IMG/VR virus record: IMGVR_UViG_3300027816_000115
Span: 1 to 58,437 of that record
Reading direction: 5' to 3' (one strand)
DNA: 58,437 bases
Source of the DNA: a virus
Taxonomy: Duplodnaviria; Caudoviricetes
The position numbers and the translations under genes are program-made. Shown here in pieces: positions 35,301-43,839 of this stretch. Under the pieces are notes generated by a model that worked only from the letters and a program-made list of their open reading frames with translations, was not told the DNA's origin and did not search any database. Each line of letters starts with the position of its first letter. Position 1 is the first letter of the stretch.

Positions 35301-35777
35301 AGCTCTATTTACGTTTATTTTCCTTGGTTGATTTCTATTATCGGTCCAGAATAATAAATCTTCTAAAAGATTAACTCCTATTACCGGAGCATTTTTTGAG
35401 AAATTTAAGAAAGCGCCTTCAACTAATTTAATTGAAGTATTCTGTAATATGTTATATACATATATATAATTTTTTGCACTAACTGAATATTGCGGTGTAG
35501 CGTTAGTATCTGTATAATTAGTTAAAAATAAAAATACTCTATTATTTGCAGTATCAACAAAATAACCAATGCAATCAAGTCCTTCACTTTCTGTTAAATT
35601 ATTAAAATCAATAACTAATTGATTACCTAGTATTGTTTGTAAAGTTCCAACATCAGAGTTTTCAGACTTGCTTATTTGTAAATTTATGGCATTACGATAT
35701 TCATTTTCAGGAATAAGCCTGTCATCAATATCTTTGTTCATTCTGCCACCTGTAAAATTATTTTTAGTTTCTGCCAT
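32370..35777 (-). CDS. Tail stabilisation/nozzle protein (N-terminal part) with C-terminal Ig/cadherin-like domains
   Basis: GRMNKDIDDRL..EYRNAIN, LFWTDNRNQPRKIN, RFSYRY, FSINPTTGEL...LTDAGGL. Confidence 0.7.
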   Translation of the reverse strand: MAETKNNFTGGRMNKDIDDRLIPENEYRNAINLQISKSENSDVGTLQTILGNQLVIDFNNLTESEGLDCIGYFVDTANNRVFLFLTNYTDTNATPQYSVSAKNYIYVYNILQNTSIKLVEGAFLNFSKNAPVIGVNLLEDLLFWTDNRNQPRKINVNRALNSSTYYVTEDQISVAKLSPVYAIDLYTESALVEDEYETTMYDVTSEFLPPYGLTATVDGAITATDTFIIDDPITIPYPEPGQIVSGAGIPLGVRVVTYNPISFTVVVSENITLANNQEIKFNANPYYNPDFIGDPSYLEDKFIRFSYRYRFDDNEYSIFAPFTQIAYIPKQDGYFLYDNPDSLPEAPVDDETAAYRSTIVSFMINKVNNIFLQIKLPCPANELQSTCKISEIDILYKESDGLAVQVVDVIPVSEIAAQAGTSDVYIYNYQSKKPFKTLPERDLIRVYDKTPVKALGQEIISNRVVYSNYQDKQGYPKFLNYNVVCNEKAGFDIDANTTSIIEYPNHSVKQNRNYEIGIVLSDKFGRQSGVILSNAISSFNPNFKAASLYVPYKAETSTDSGIPADGIVNQWPGLSFKMLFNEQIGANGITDWPGVYNGDSESEDYNPLGWYSYKVVVKQTEQDYYNVYLPGMMASYPEDPTKELDKTSHFVLIGDNINKVPRDLNDVSGTQEQYRSSVKLYSRVNNIYDTLLPDFYNEQFYPSNTFSFVNTIATLNSLFPGANPITPPPPPEYDQFYQNISNPLIARLSTATKLGITTLEAGTAEPLKTIRLAVCETDPFDSRLDLYWETSTAGIISELNEAILEGSDAPAAIQDWLFNLPESAEIGYKAVEDFYFSDLIGAPLIIPIGDISFTVQNENNDDKTALFNLTAGAGPGLFNIETTDYFYYGFNANTLDSYTFYITVDTFSPPTTTEFEKLGALSNVTPTITTFPSNPLFKDLNETFVFQFEGNNGSNSLGGKDQDDLTWSIVGGSDEFSINPTTGELTQPSGDIYPGSYSLTIRLTDAGGLYDDFTFVVRYTSETGITWQVTSGGPGIISTGSEPAGYFFSSGTIIVEEGITARIRAGSFPSTVDAIVVSDVTITGEGTLIKSANGSGESGFSDDDFELTEGTYTFSIEVNYFFTEGGVGGMFIEPI

Positions 35778-35783
35778 TATATT

Positions 35784-37019
35784 TTAGTGTTTAATCCATT
35801 TAGATTTGCCTCGCATTACCTGTACAATCTCATGTAGCTTAATATTAGATAAGCGTATTTTAGCATTTCTTAATTTAGCAAATTTTTCTTTATTAAATCT
35901 TTGCACAAGGTATTCAGGTGAATCTCTTCTTGTAGCAATTACAGCATGTAAAATATAAGCATACATTGCGTCTTCCGCCATTTTAGGCATTCTTGAATCC
36001 AAATCATACGCTAGTCCATCTGAAATATAATCTAGGGTAATTATCATGTTTATTAAATTGCTAGAAAAAGAAATTTTACCTTCTCTATCATTTATTGTAA
36101 ACCAACCATTACCTTGTGAATATTGAGGATCCAATCCGTATCTTCTACCTACAGGTCCCCAATTATCACTGTCATAATTGTCATAATTTACACCTGAATT
36201 AATTCCGTCCCAACTGGCCAAATACATACCATCAATTAAGTTAGTATTAGCTCTTCTCCATCTGTCTTCTATTATAGGACTTGTCTCTATGTTGTCATTA
36301 AATGCGTCTTGTATTTCAACTCCAAAATCGTCCTGTAAAGGAGCTTCTGATGGATTTGAGGTTAAGTTATTAGCTGGATAAATTGGATGCTTTACGCCAA
36401 GCCTATCGACCCAATACATACCCACATAATTAACATAATCCTGTGGTAATACAACACTTAATGAATGGGGGATAGTTAACTCTTGAGATTTAATACTTTT
36501 AAGAGTATCATAGCTAAATTCTTGCATTGCACGTTTGGCATGAAATATAACATCAGTTCTTTTAACATCTGATATTATTTTACCAGGACCAACGTATGCT
36601 ACCATAAAATTATTTACTACATCAACTAATTTTATATATTGGTAACCTCCATAGTTTTGCTCAACAATATTGCCATAAGCATTATTGTCTCCATAATTAC
36701 CACCATCTAATTTTTTTAATTGTACAACTATATATTCACCATTATTGGGTATATACGATGTAAATACTATATTATTATCACTTACCGTATAATTTCCAAT
36801 AAACTCCGTAAAAGTACCTGGTAATCCTGTTGGACTTGTATATAGTTTAAAATTATTTAAAGGGTAATTAAAATCATTTGGATCGCTTGAATAAAAAACT
36901 AAATCAGTATTAAAAGTAGTTTTAAAACCTTGTTCGATTCCATCTCCTACAAAACTTTGTACACCTTCGTAGTATTGTCTATTTGTCTCGGTAATTAAAC
37001 CGCCATTAGGCATTGGCAT
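35784..37019 (-). CDS. Tail tubular/ring protein
   Basis: LPQDYVNYV, LDYISDGL, AKLRNAKIRLS; position after capsid. Confidence 0.65.
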   Translation of the reverse strand: MPMPNGGLITETNRQYYEGVQSFVGDGIEQGFKTTFNTDLVFYSSDPNDFNYPLNNFKLYTSPTGLPGTFTEFIGNYTVSDNNIVFTSYIPNNGEYIVVQLKKLDGGNYGDNNAYGNIVEQNYGGYQYIKLVDVVNNFMVAYVGPGKIISDVKRTDVIFHAKRAMQEFSYDTLKSIKSQELTIPHSLSVVLPQDYVNYVGMYWVDRLGVKHPIYPANNLTSNPSEAPLQDDFGVEIQDAFNDNIETSPIIEDRWRRANTNLIDGMYLASWDGINSGVNYDNYDSDNWGPVGRRYGLDPQYSQGNGWFTINDREGKISFSSNLINMIITLDYISDGLAYDLDSRMPKMAEDAMYAYILHAVIATRRDSPEYLVQRFNKEKFAKLRNAKIRLSNIKLHEIVQVMRGKSKWIKH

Positions 37020-37024
37020 ATTAT

Positions 37025-37771
37025 TTATGATTTAGAGTTAATTTCTTCTTGTTGAGATTTTTGTGCTGCAACTTGTACAACTTCAGGGTCACGTATTATA
37101 ACTCCAGCATATAATAATATTTTTGTTATAACATTAGTTTGTTCAGAGGCATCTAATTCAAATTGAACAGATGTCGATGGAGAATAAATATAAGGACCAC
37201 TTATCCATGGCACACCACCTATCCCAGTGTAGTTCCAGACAACATTATTTGGCTTTCTAATATATGAAACGCTTATATCGCTTTTAATATCTTTAGGCCA
37301 TACATATATTTTGGGATTTAAAGTGCTACCACCCCCAGTTCCTACAGTAGAATTTTCATATACATATACCGGAAATTGTTTTGTAGGTTTTGAAATTGGC
37401 GATAAATTAAGATATAATAGATAGTCTTTTTGAACACGTTCAACTTCTATTTCATCTTTATATATTACTGTACCAATCTTATGTAGATCTGCTGGCACAA
37501 TAAAATATTCTTGGCTTAATGGAAGAGTACAATTGCCAAATGTTTTGAATATAGATATTTGGTTATCTATATTTTTTTGTCTATCGGCATATTCCGTATT
37601 AGATTGTGGAACTCTTAGTTGTTGGTTTAAATCATCAAAATAAGATTCAAATATTTCTAATTGAACCTGTGTTGCTACTTTGTTAAACTCATCAGGAGTC
37701 ATGTACCCTCTTTGTTCTTTATTAAGAATAGAAAGTACCGTTTTGTAAACTGTATCTACGTTTATTGCCAT
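37025..37771 (-). CDS. Head-tail ring/adaptor protein
   Basis: LNKEQRGYMTPDEFN, YIRKP..VVW; position. Confidence 0.6.
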   Translation of the reverse strand: MAINVDTVYKTVLSILNKEQRGYMTPDEFNKVATQVQLEIFESYFDDLNQQLRVPQSNTEYADRQKNIDNQISIFKTFGNCTLPLSQEYFIVPADLHKIGTVIYKDEIEVERVQKDYLLYLNLSPISKPTKQFPVYVYENSTVGTGGGSTLNPKIYVWPKDIKSDISVSYIRKPNNVVWNYTGIGGVPWISGPYIYSPSTSVQFELDASEQTNVITKILLYAGVIIRDPEVVQVAAQKSQQEEINSKS

Positions 37772-37796
37772 TTTTCTGTTTTTATTATAATATTTA

Positions 37797-37830
37797 GGCA
37801 GCTACCGCGTTTATTTACGCAATAGCCGCC
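37797..37830 (-). other. GC-rich leader hairpin
   Basis: GGCGGCTATTGCG/CGCGGTAGCTGCC on the - strand; no U tract. Confidence 0.5.
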
Positions 37831-37849
37831 CATATATTAGTATTACGTA

Positions 37850-38635
37850 TTATTGAAGTTTTTTCTCAATAGATTGGAAGATTTCAATACCTTCATCTGT
37901 TTTGAAAAATGCAGCCATAGCCGAATACGGGTTTTCATCAAAAGGTACAGTCATTAATTTTTTACCATTAGCTGCCCATTTGAAATCACGTTGGTCTGGT
38001 GATAGCTTTATAATGTTAGCTTCGCATGCTTTGATAGCAAAATTACGTAGCTGAATATTTTCATCATTAACCAAATCTAAAAATAGACCCGGGTTCCTTT
38101 TAGCAAAAATTAATAAATCTCTTTTAATTTCTTTAGAAGTCATCTTAGATACTTTTGAACCTAATTCAACACGCAAAATTGCTTCTGCTTGATCGATGTC
38201 CATTGATGATGCCGCCGTCATAGCTTCTAATTCTTTTTCTAAATCATCTAATTCATTAACAGCAATTTTAATTGCATCAAATTCTTTATATTTTTTATTA
38301 AGTAAAGGATGATAAAGAGATAATAATTTTTGTAAGTTTTGTTTTTCTTTTGGTACTGTTAGCACTCCTTCTTTAAACACAATATGACCTAGAGTAGCTT
38401 CTCCTTTTTGTTCATCCACAAATGGTGAATTTTGATTTGTAGCATACCTTAGTTCTCTTTGTTCTTGTGCAGCCACATCAAACCATAATAAAGGAAATCT
38501 TCTTGAGTGTCTTGATGATATTGTATAAGTTAATGGACTATATGGTCCTAATAATAGATATGTTCTATCTTTAATCTCCCAAGTATCCTTGGTAGTTTGT
38601 TTCTCTTTTTGTGAGTTTGTATTTTCTTTTGACAT
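37850..38635 (-). CDS. Conserved morphogenesis protein downstream of capsid
   Basis: ORF track; RELRYATNQNSPFVDEQ. Confidence 0.65.
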   Translation of the reverse strand: MSKENTNSQKEKQTTKDTWEIKDRTYLLLGPYSPLTYTISSRHSRRFPLLWFDVAAQEQRELRYATNQNSPFVDEQKGEATLGHIVFKEGVLTVPKEKQNLQKLLSLYHPLLNKKYKEFDAIKIAVNELDDLEKELEAMTAASSMDIDQAEAILRVELGSKVSKMTSKEIKRDLLIFAKRNPGLFLDLVNDENIQLRNFAIKACEANIIKLSPDQRDFKWAANGKKLMTVPFDENPYSAMAAFFKTDEGIEIFQSIEKKLQ

Positions 38636-38672
38636 GATATAATATAATTAATTAATCTTTTGTTTAAAGAGT

Positions 38673-38702
38673 AAAAATCACCCCCGCAAATTCAACGGGG
38701 GC
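38673..38702 (-). terminator. Putative terminator after the capsid gene
   Basis: GCCCCCG/CGGGGGT stem followed by GATTTTT on the - strand. Confidence 0.6.
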
Positions 38703-38726
38703 AAAATTTACACTATTATTTTAGCA

Positions 38727-40187
38727 CTATGCTAATACAGCGCTAGAAGTGAATAACACAAAGTTATTAGCACCTTGAACACATAAACATCTTTCAGACA
38801 AGAAGTTTACCTCCATTGCATCTAAGTCAGAAGTATATGCTCCACCAACAGAACCTAATACCCAAGATTTCATTCTTCTATCGTCAGCTTGAGAAGCTCT
38901 ATAACGAACATGTAAGAATGGTCTACGGATATTTGTTCCTAAAATTTGGTCATAAACAGTTGAAGTTCCTGCAGGTACAAGTACACCATCAATAGCAGAC
39001 TCAGCAACAGCTCCACGAGTTGAAGCATCATTTAAGTATTTCCAATCTGTTTTATAGAAATCGTAAGAACCTCTACGGAAACCAGAGAAACCTAAGTTTA
39101 ATGCCATTTCAGAAGAGTTTTCAAATAAACCATAAGCAACCCCTCCATTAACTCCAGAAGATAAGTTAGCAAGCATATCATCAAAGTCTAATGAAGTCTG
39201 ACGGTTTAAGAATAACATGTTCTCTTCAATAGCTCCTTGAGTATCTAAGTTTCTTAAGATTGAATCAAATTCTGATAAACCACCACCAGCAGTAAAGTTG
39301 TTTAATACATTACCTCTTTCTTGGATAGCAGCGAATAAACCTTGAGTACCTTTTTTACCAGCAGCTAAAGCAGCAGATCCAGCAGCAGCTAATTCTCCTT
39401 CTACTACAGCCATTTCTAAGTAATCTTCAAAACGTAATCTTGTTTCAGACTCTGCTTTTAAATACCACATAAATCCACCAGCTCCATCTTCAGTAGCAAT
39501 TTCTACCCATCCGATTTGAGCTGTGTCAGATCCATTAACAACATATTTGTTACGGATAATGATAGGAGAGTTAGAGAATTGAGTAAAGCTTGGCTCAATA
39601 CTTACATAGTCATCATTTACTAAAGTAGATCCTTTTTTATACTCAGAACCATAAACAAAGATTTTTAAGTCTTCTTGTCCGTCTGTAAATCCAGCAGCAG
39701 CTAATGTAGCAGCAGTATAAGGAGCAACAGTTAAGTCACCAGTGATAGGATCACTTGCAGTAACAATAGCTTTAACCTCTAATCCTGTAGCAGGATCTAA
39801 AATAACAATAGTTTGGTTAATAGAGATAACGTTTTGTACGAAATCATTAGGATTAGCTGGAGTTAAGTCAACTGGGATAACTAATGTATTTCCAGCAGCA
39901 CTATCTACTTCAACTCCTGTGTAAGCAATGTGTAATCTGTTTTGTTCTGACCAAATAACTTGATCTGATGCCATTGGCATTTCAGCACCAACCATACGTA
40001 AGAATCCGGAAAGAGTTCTATTCCCATAACGCTCTACTTCTTGTTCGTAGATTTCTGGTAAATATTGTTGTGCAAAAGATACGAAATCCGCATTATTAGG
40101 ATCCGTAAAGTTTAAATAGTTAGTTTCTAAAGCTTGTTGTTTTTGAGACGGTTTAATGGTCCCAAACGAAGGCGTTACATCTGCCAT
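38727..40187 (-). CDS. Major capsid protein
   Basis: 486 aa after scaffold and portal; strong codon bias; QQYLP..YEQEVERYGNR, GTQGLFAAI. Confidence 0.8.
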   Translation of the reverse strand: MADVTPSFGTIKPSQKQQALETNYLNFTDPNNADFVSFAQQYLPEIYEQEVERYGNRTLSGFLRMVGAEMPMASDQVIWSEQNRLHIAYTGVEVDSAAGNTLVIPVDLTPANPNDFVQNVISINQTIVILDPATGLEVKAIVTASDPITGDLTVAPYTAATLAAAGFTDGQEDLKIFVYGSEYKKGSTLVNDDYVSIEPSFTQFSNSPIIIRNKYVVNGSDTAQIGWVEIATEDGAGGFMWYLKAESETRLRFEDYLEMAVVEGELAAAGSAALAAGKKGTQGLFAAIQERGNVLNNFTAGGGLSEFDSILRNLDTQGAIEENMLFLNRQTSLDFDDMLANLSSGVNGGVAYGLFENSSEMALNLGFSGFRRGSYDFYKTDWKYLNDASTRGAVAESAIDGVLVPAGTSTVYDQILGTNIRRPFLHVRYRASQADDRRMKSWVLGSVGGAYTSDLDAMEVNFLSERCLCVQGANNFVLFTSSAVLA

Positions 40188-40199
40188 AATCTTTTAATT

Positions 40200-41402
40200 T
40201 TAATTGTTAAATTTGTTTTTTATTCTCAATTTTGTAGAATCAACACCATTAACTGCTTTTATCTTAAAACCATTTACAAATATTTCACCGCTTGATGTTT
40301 GTCTCGGAGCGGTTGATACATTGTTTGATTTAGCGGTAATTTCTTTAATTGCGTCGGCTTTACCTTGCTCGTAAAAATGATGAGCTAAAGTATCTACATT
40401 TTCAGCAGCATACATTGCTTTGTGATAACCTTTCAAATCTGTTACTTCACCCTTATCATTCAAGAACTTCTTGACTAGGTTAGTAATGTTTGATTGTTTT
40501 TCAGCTACCGTCTCAGCGTTTTGAACTCCATATCTAAAATTTTTATCACCTAATTTAAAATCAAAACCTTTGAAATCTTGAGTGAAAAAACTTTTTGTGT
40601 CGCTCTTAAACCTTGAGTGTTGGCTTTCAACAACTTCCTGCTCTTGTTGGTATCGGTTAAAAAAGTCAATTGCTTTTTGTTGATCTTTATTAATACTTGG
40701 TCGTAACTTTACTTCCTCATAATATTTAGATTTAAGATCTTCTAAAAAACCTTTTGCTTTTGCAACCTCTTCCTTAAACGCTAATTTCTTTTTACGGATT
40801 TCACGTTCATCGTCCTCGTCTTCATCGTATGCAAAACGATCGTCCATTAGGAAATCAATTTCGTCATCATTCAGATGAGGTCTAGTTTTTTTATAATATT
40901 CTTTTAATAATAATTCGTTATTAACACTTGAGTAATCAGCATTCAATCTAACATAATCTTCTACTGTTCCTCCAGTCTCTTCCATAAATGAAATCAACTT
41001 TTCAATGTTTTCTGGTAATTGTTTACCTGTAGTCTCCGCTGTATTCACAGCCTCTATAGCTTCTTCTTCTAATTCTCTAGTGCTAATAGCTACTTCTTCT
41101 TCAGATATTTCTTGTATTACAGTAACCGGCGTTACGTTAAGTTCAGTTACTTCTTTTTCGGGGACAACTTTTTCGGTAACGATTTGATCGATTTGGTTTC
41201 CTTGCTCCACTTCTTGCAATCCCACTTCGGGCTGTTTTGGCTGTAACAAGCTTTCATTTGTGCTTTGCTCTTGAATGGCATTATCTTCTGTTTTAGTTTG
41301 TAAATCTACTTTTGTAACTGTCGCAGGCTTATTTAATTTTCTAGCCGCAGGTTTTGGTTTTTGTAATTTAAAACTACCTTCTTGTTTTACTTCTTGTGAC
41401 AT
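40200..41402 (-). CDS. Putative scaffolding protein
   Basis: Acidic, low-complexity N-terminus; lies between portal and capsid. Confidence 0.65.
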   Translation of the reverse strand: MSQEVKQEGSFKLQKPKPAARKLNKPATVTKVDLQTKTEDNAIQEQSTNESLLQPKQPEVGLQEVEQGNQIDQIVTEKVVPEKEVTELNVTPVTVIQEISEEEVAISTRELEEEAIEAVNTAETTGKQLPENIEKLISFMEETGGTVEDYVRLNADYSSVNNELLLKEYYKKTRPHLNDDEIDFLMDDRFAYDEDEDDEREIRKKKLAFKEEVAKAKGFLEDLKSKYYEEVKLRPSINKDQQKAIDFFNRYQQEQEVVESQHSRFKSDTKSFFTQDFKGFDFKLGDKNFRYGVQNAETVAEKQSNITNLVKKFLNDKGEVTDLKGYHKAMYAAENVDTLAHHFYEQGKADAIKEITAKSNNVSTAPRQTSSGEIFVNGFKIKAVNGVDSTKLRIKNKFNN

Positions 41403-41433
41403 GATATAATAATATAAAATTAGTTAATATTTT

Positions 41434-43836
41434 TTACATAAGACCTAAGTCAAATTCTGCAGCACCGGTATTTTCAAAATCTTTTGGCATAGTATTGTTT
41501 TTTCTTTGCTCAATTAATTCTGATTGTTGTGTTGCTTGTATTTTTGTTCTTTGATCTTTTCTATCTTCCATTTGATTTAATTTAGTATTGGCAATATCCA
41601 TTTGCATTTTTGCTAACTCTAAATCATATTGGAATTGTTCTGCTAAAAGTTGTTTTTTAATTTCTAACTCTTGCATCATTCTTTGTATCTCAAATTGAGA
41701 TTTTGATTGTAGCACTTGTATTTCAGTTTGAGCTATAGCTTCTCTCTTTTGAACTTCAGCCATTGCTGCTGCTTCAGAAGCTTGAGCTTGAGCTTCACCT
41801 TGTGCTCTGATCATTTCTTGTTGATTAGCTTGATCTCTTTCTTGTTTCTTCTTCTTTTTAAATTTCAATGCTTGATTTGCTAATCCAATATTATTTATTT
41901 GGTTTAAATCAATAACATCTTCTAAGTCGATATTGCCTGATTGTAGTGCTATTTGAACATTTCTTTCAAAAGCTGCTTTTTCTTCTTCTTCAGGTTCTAA
42001 TTCAAGGAATATACCAAAGTCATGCAGATTTAGATTTTCAATTTCTTTTAAAGTCTCTACATTAAATAAAGATATACTTTCTATTAATGATTGTTTTGTT
42101 AACGGAAAATTAAGTGAATCTCCAATTCTTAAAGAAACATTCTCACAAGTTCTTAATGTTAAATATAAACTTGCGTCTTTTATATGTCTTGTTGCTGTAT
42201 TTGAATTTGCAGCAGCCATTTTTTGTAATCCAACTAAAGCATCTTTGTCTGGCGTACTACCATCTCTAGCTTCATTTAATCCGGTAACATCGCGGATCAT
42301 TTGTAAATAGTATTGGTATGTGCCTATAAGTGCTTGTATCTTAGCATTACCATTCGATGTTTGTAATTCTTGAATTGGTACTTTACCTTGATTAAAACCT
42401 CCGTCTTGAGACATAGATCTACCTACAATACTACCTGTTTGGAAATACATATTAAGAGCTTCTGCTGGATTATAATTGGTACCATTACCTAAATCAACTT
42501 CGGCTAAACCATCTACATCTACGAATACACCATCTGGTACCATTCTAGATAATACTTGTTGTAATTTAAGGTGAGTTAATTGGATCATATCTGCAAATGT
42601 AGTAGTTCTACTTACTAATGATTCAATTCTACCTTTATACATTCTAGGAGCACAGACAGTATAATTCATCTGTACTTTTGTTGTATCAGCAAATGGGCGA
42701 GTCATATTTTCTGACAACTTCCATTCTAACATTTTTTCATATCCAAGAATTTTGGCTCCTGTATATAATACTTCAATGCTTCTTGATACCCTTTTAAAAT
42801 TATCATTTTCTGGCGGATCAAAACTATCGTCTTTTTCAATAGCTTTCTCCAGCCCTTGTTCTGTTTGTTTTATTTTAAATACTTGATTTGAATATGTTTT
42901 GTATTCAAAATATAATACTTGAACAGTTGTATTATCATTACTTTGTCCAGGATAGTTACGAATATAATTCATGTCTCCTGGGAACTTTTCAATTTCTTTT
43001 AAGTCTTCTTCTGACAGATGAGGAAATTGCTTTTTTAATTCTTCTAAACTTATAGCTTTTACTTCTCCAACATAATATATATCTTCAAAGTTTGGATCTT
43101 CTGTATAAGAATATACTAAATTAGCTGGATCAACATAGTCGATAACTATCCCATTAGCGGGATTCCATGATGTTTTAGCACATGCAATACCAATAACTGC
43201 TAAATCATAATTAAGTCTTTTAGCGATTAAATCGTATTTATTTGTAGCTAAAACCTGATTAATAACTTCTTCTTCAGCAATCTCAATTGCAGGCTTATAA
43301 TCAAGCTGCAATCTCATTTCTAATTCTTCTGTTGATTCTGGTAAGTTTTCAGGATCTGTTGTATTATATAGATTAACCCCTAATTTACTTTGTATTTCAT
43401 CAAGTAATTCACGAGCCATCATATCTCGCATTATACCTGACGCATATTCTGTTTTGGCTTTTGTAGCTGCAGGGTCTTGAGCATAAGCTCTTATACTATA
43501 ACTTTTATTAGAAATACCATTAACAACAATATCTACAAATTTAGGTAAAATAGGAATAGGTTTCCAATCTAAGTTTAAATAAGATAAGTCACCATTAACA
43601 GCTAACTCATCTTTATATTTTTGTATAGGCTGTTCACCTCTTGCATAAAGTCTTAGTCTATGAAAGTTTTGCCAGTTTGATCCAAATCTATCATTTCCAG
43701 CTCCACCAACACGATCTCCTCTAAACCATTCATTTTCGATAGCCCTACCTACAAGTGTTCCATATTCTAATGTTTGCTTCACTTGATCAGGTACTACCTG
43801 ACTAGGGAAAGAACTATTGCTATTAGTATAAATCAT
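41434..43836 (-). CDS. Portal protein
   Basis: 800 aa after TerL; PILPKFVDIVVNG, DVTGLNEARDG, C-terminal coiled coil. Confidence 0.8.
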   Translation of the reverse strand: MIYTNSNSSFPSQVVPDQVKQTLEYGTLVGRAIENEWFRGDRVGGAGNDRFGSNWQNFHRLRLYARGEQPIQKYKDELAVNGDLSYLNLDWKPIPILPKFVDIVVNGISNKSYSIRAYAQDPAATKAKTEYASGIMRDMMARELLDEIQSKLGVNLYNTTDPENLPESTEELEMRLQLDYKPAIEIAEEEVINQVLATNKYDLIAKRLNYDLAVIGIACAKTSWNPANGIVIDYVDPANLVYSYTEDPNFEDIYYVGEVKAISLEELKKQFPHLSEEDLKEIEKFPGDMNYIRNYPGQSNDNTTVQVLYFEYKTYSNQVFKIKQTEQGLEKAIEKDDSFDPPENDNFKRVSRSIEVLYTGAKILGYEKMLEWKLSENMTRPFADTTKVQMNYTVCAPRMYKGRIESLVSRTTTFADMIQLTHLKLQQVLSRMVPDGVFVDVDGLAEVDLGNGTNYNPAEALNMYFQTGSIVGRSMSQDGGFNQGKVPIQELQTSNGNAKIQALIGTYQYYLQMIRDVTGLNEARDGSTPDKDALVGLQKMAAANSNTATRHIKDASLYLTLRTCENVSLRIGDSLNFPLTKQSLIESISLFNVETLKEIENLNLHDFGIFLELEPEEEEKAAFERNVQIALQSGNIDLEDVIDLNQINNIGLANQALKFKKKKKQERDQANQQEMIRAQGEAQAQASEAAAMAEVQKREAIAQTEIQVLQSKSQFEIQRMMQELEIKKQLLAEQFQYDLELAKMQMDIANTKLNQMEDRKDQRTKIQATQQSELIEQRKNNTMPKDFENTGAAEFDLGLM

Positions 43837-43839
43837 TTA

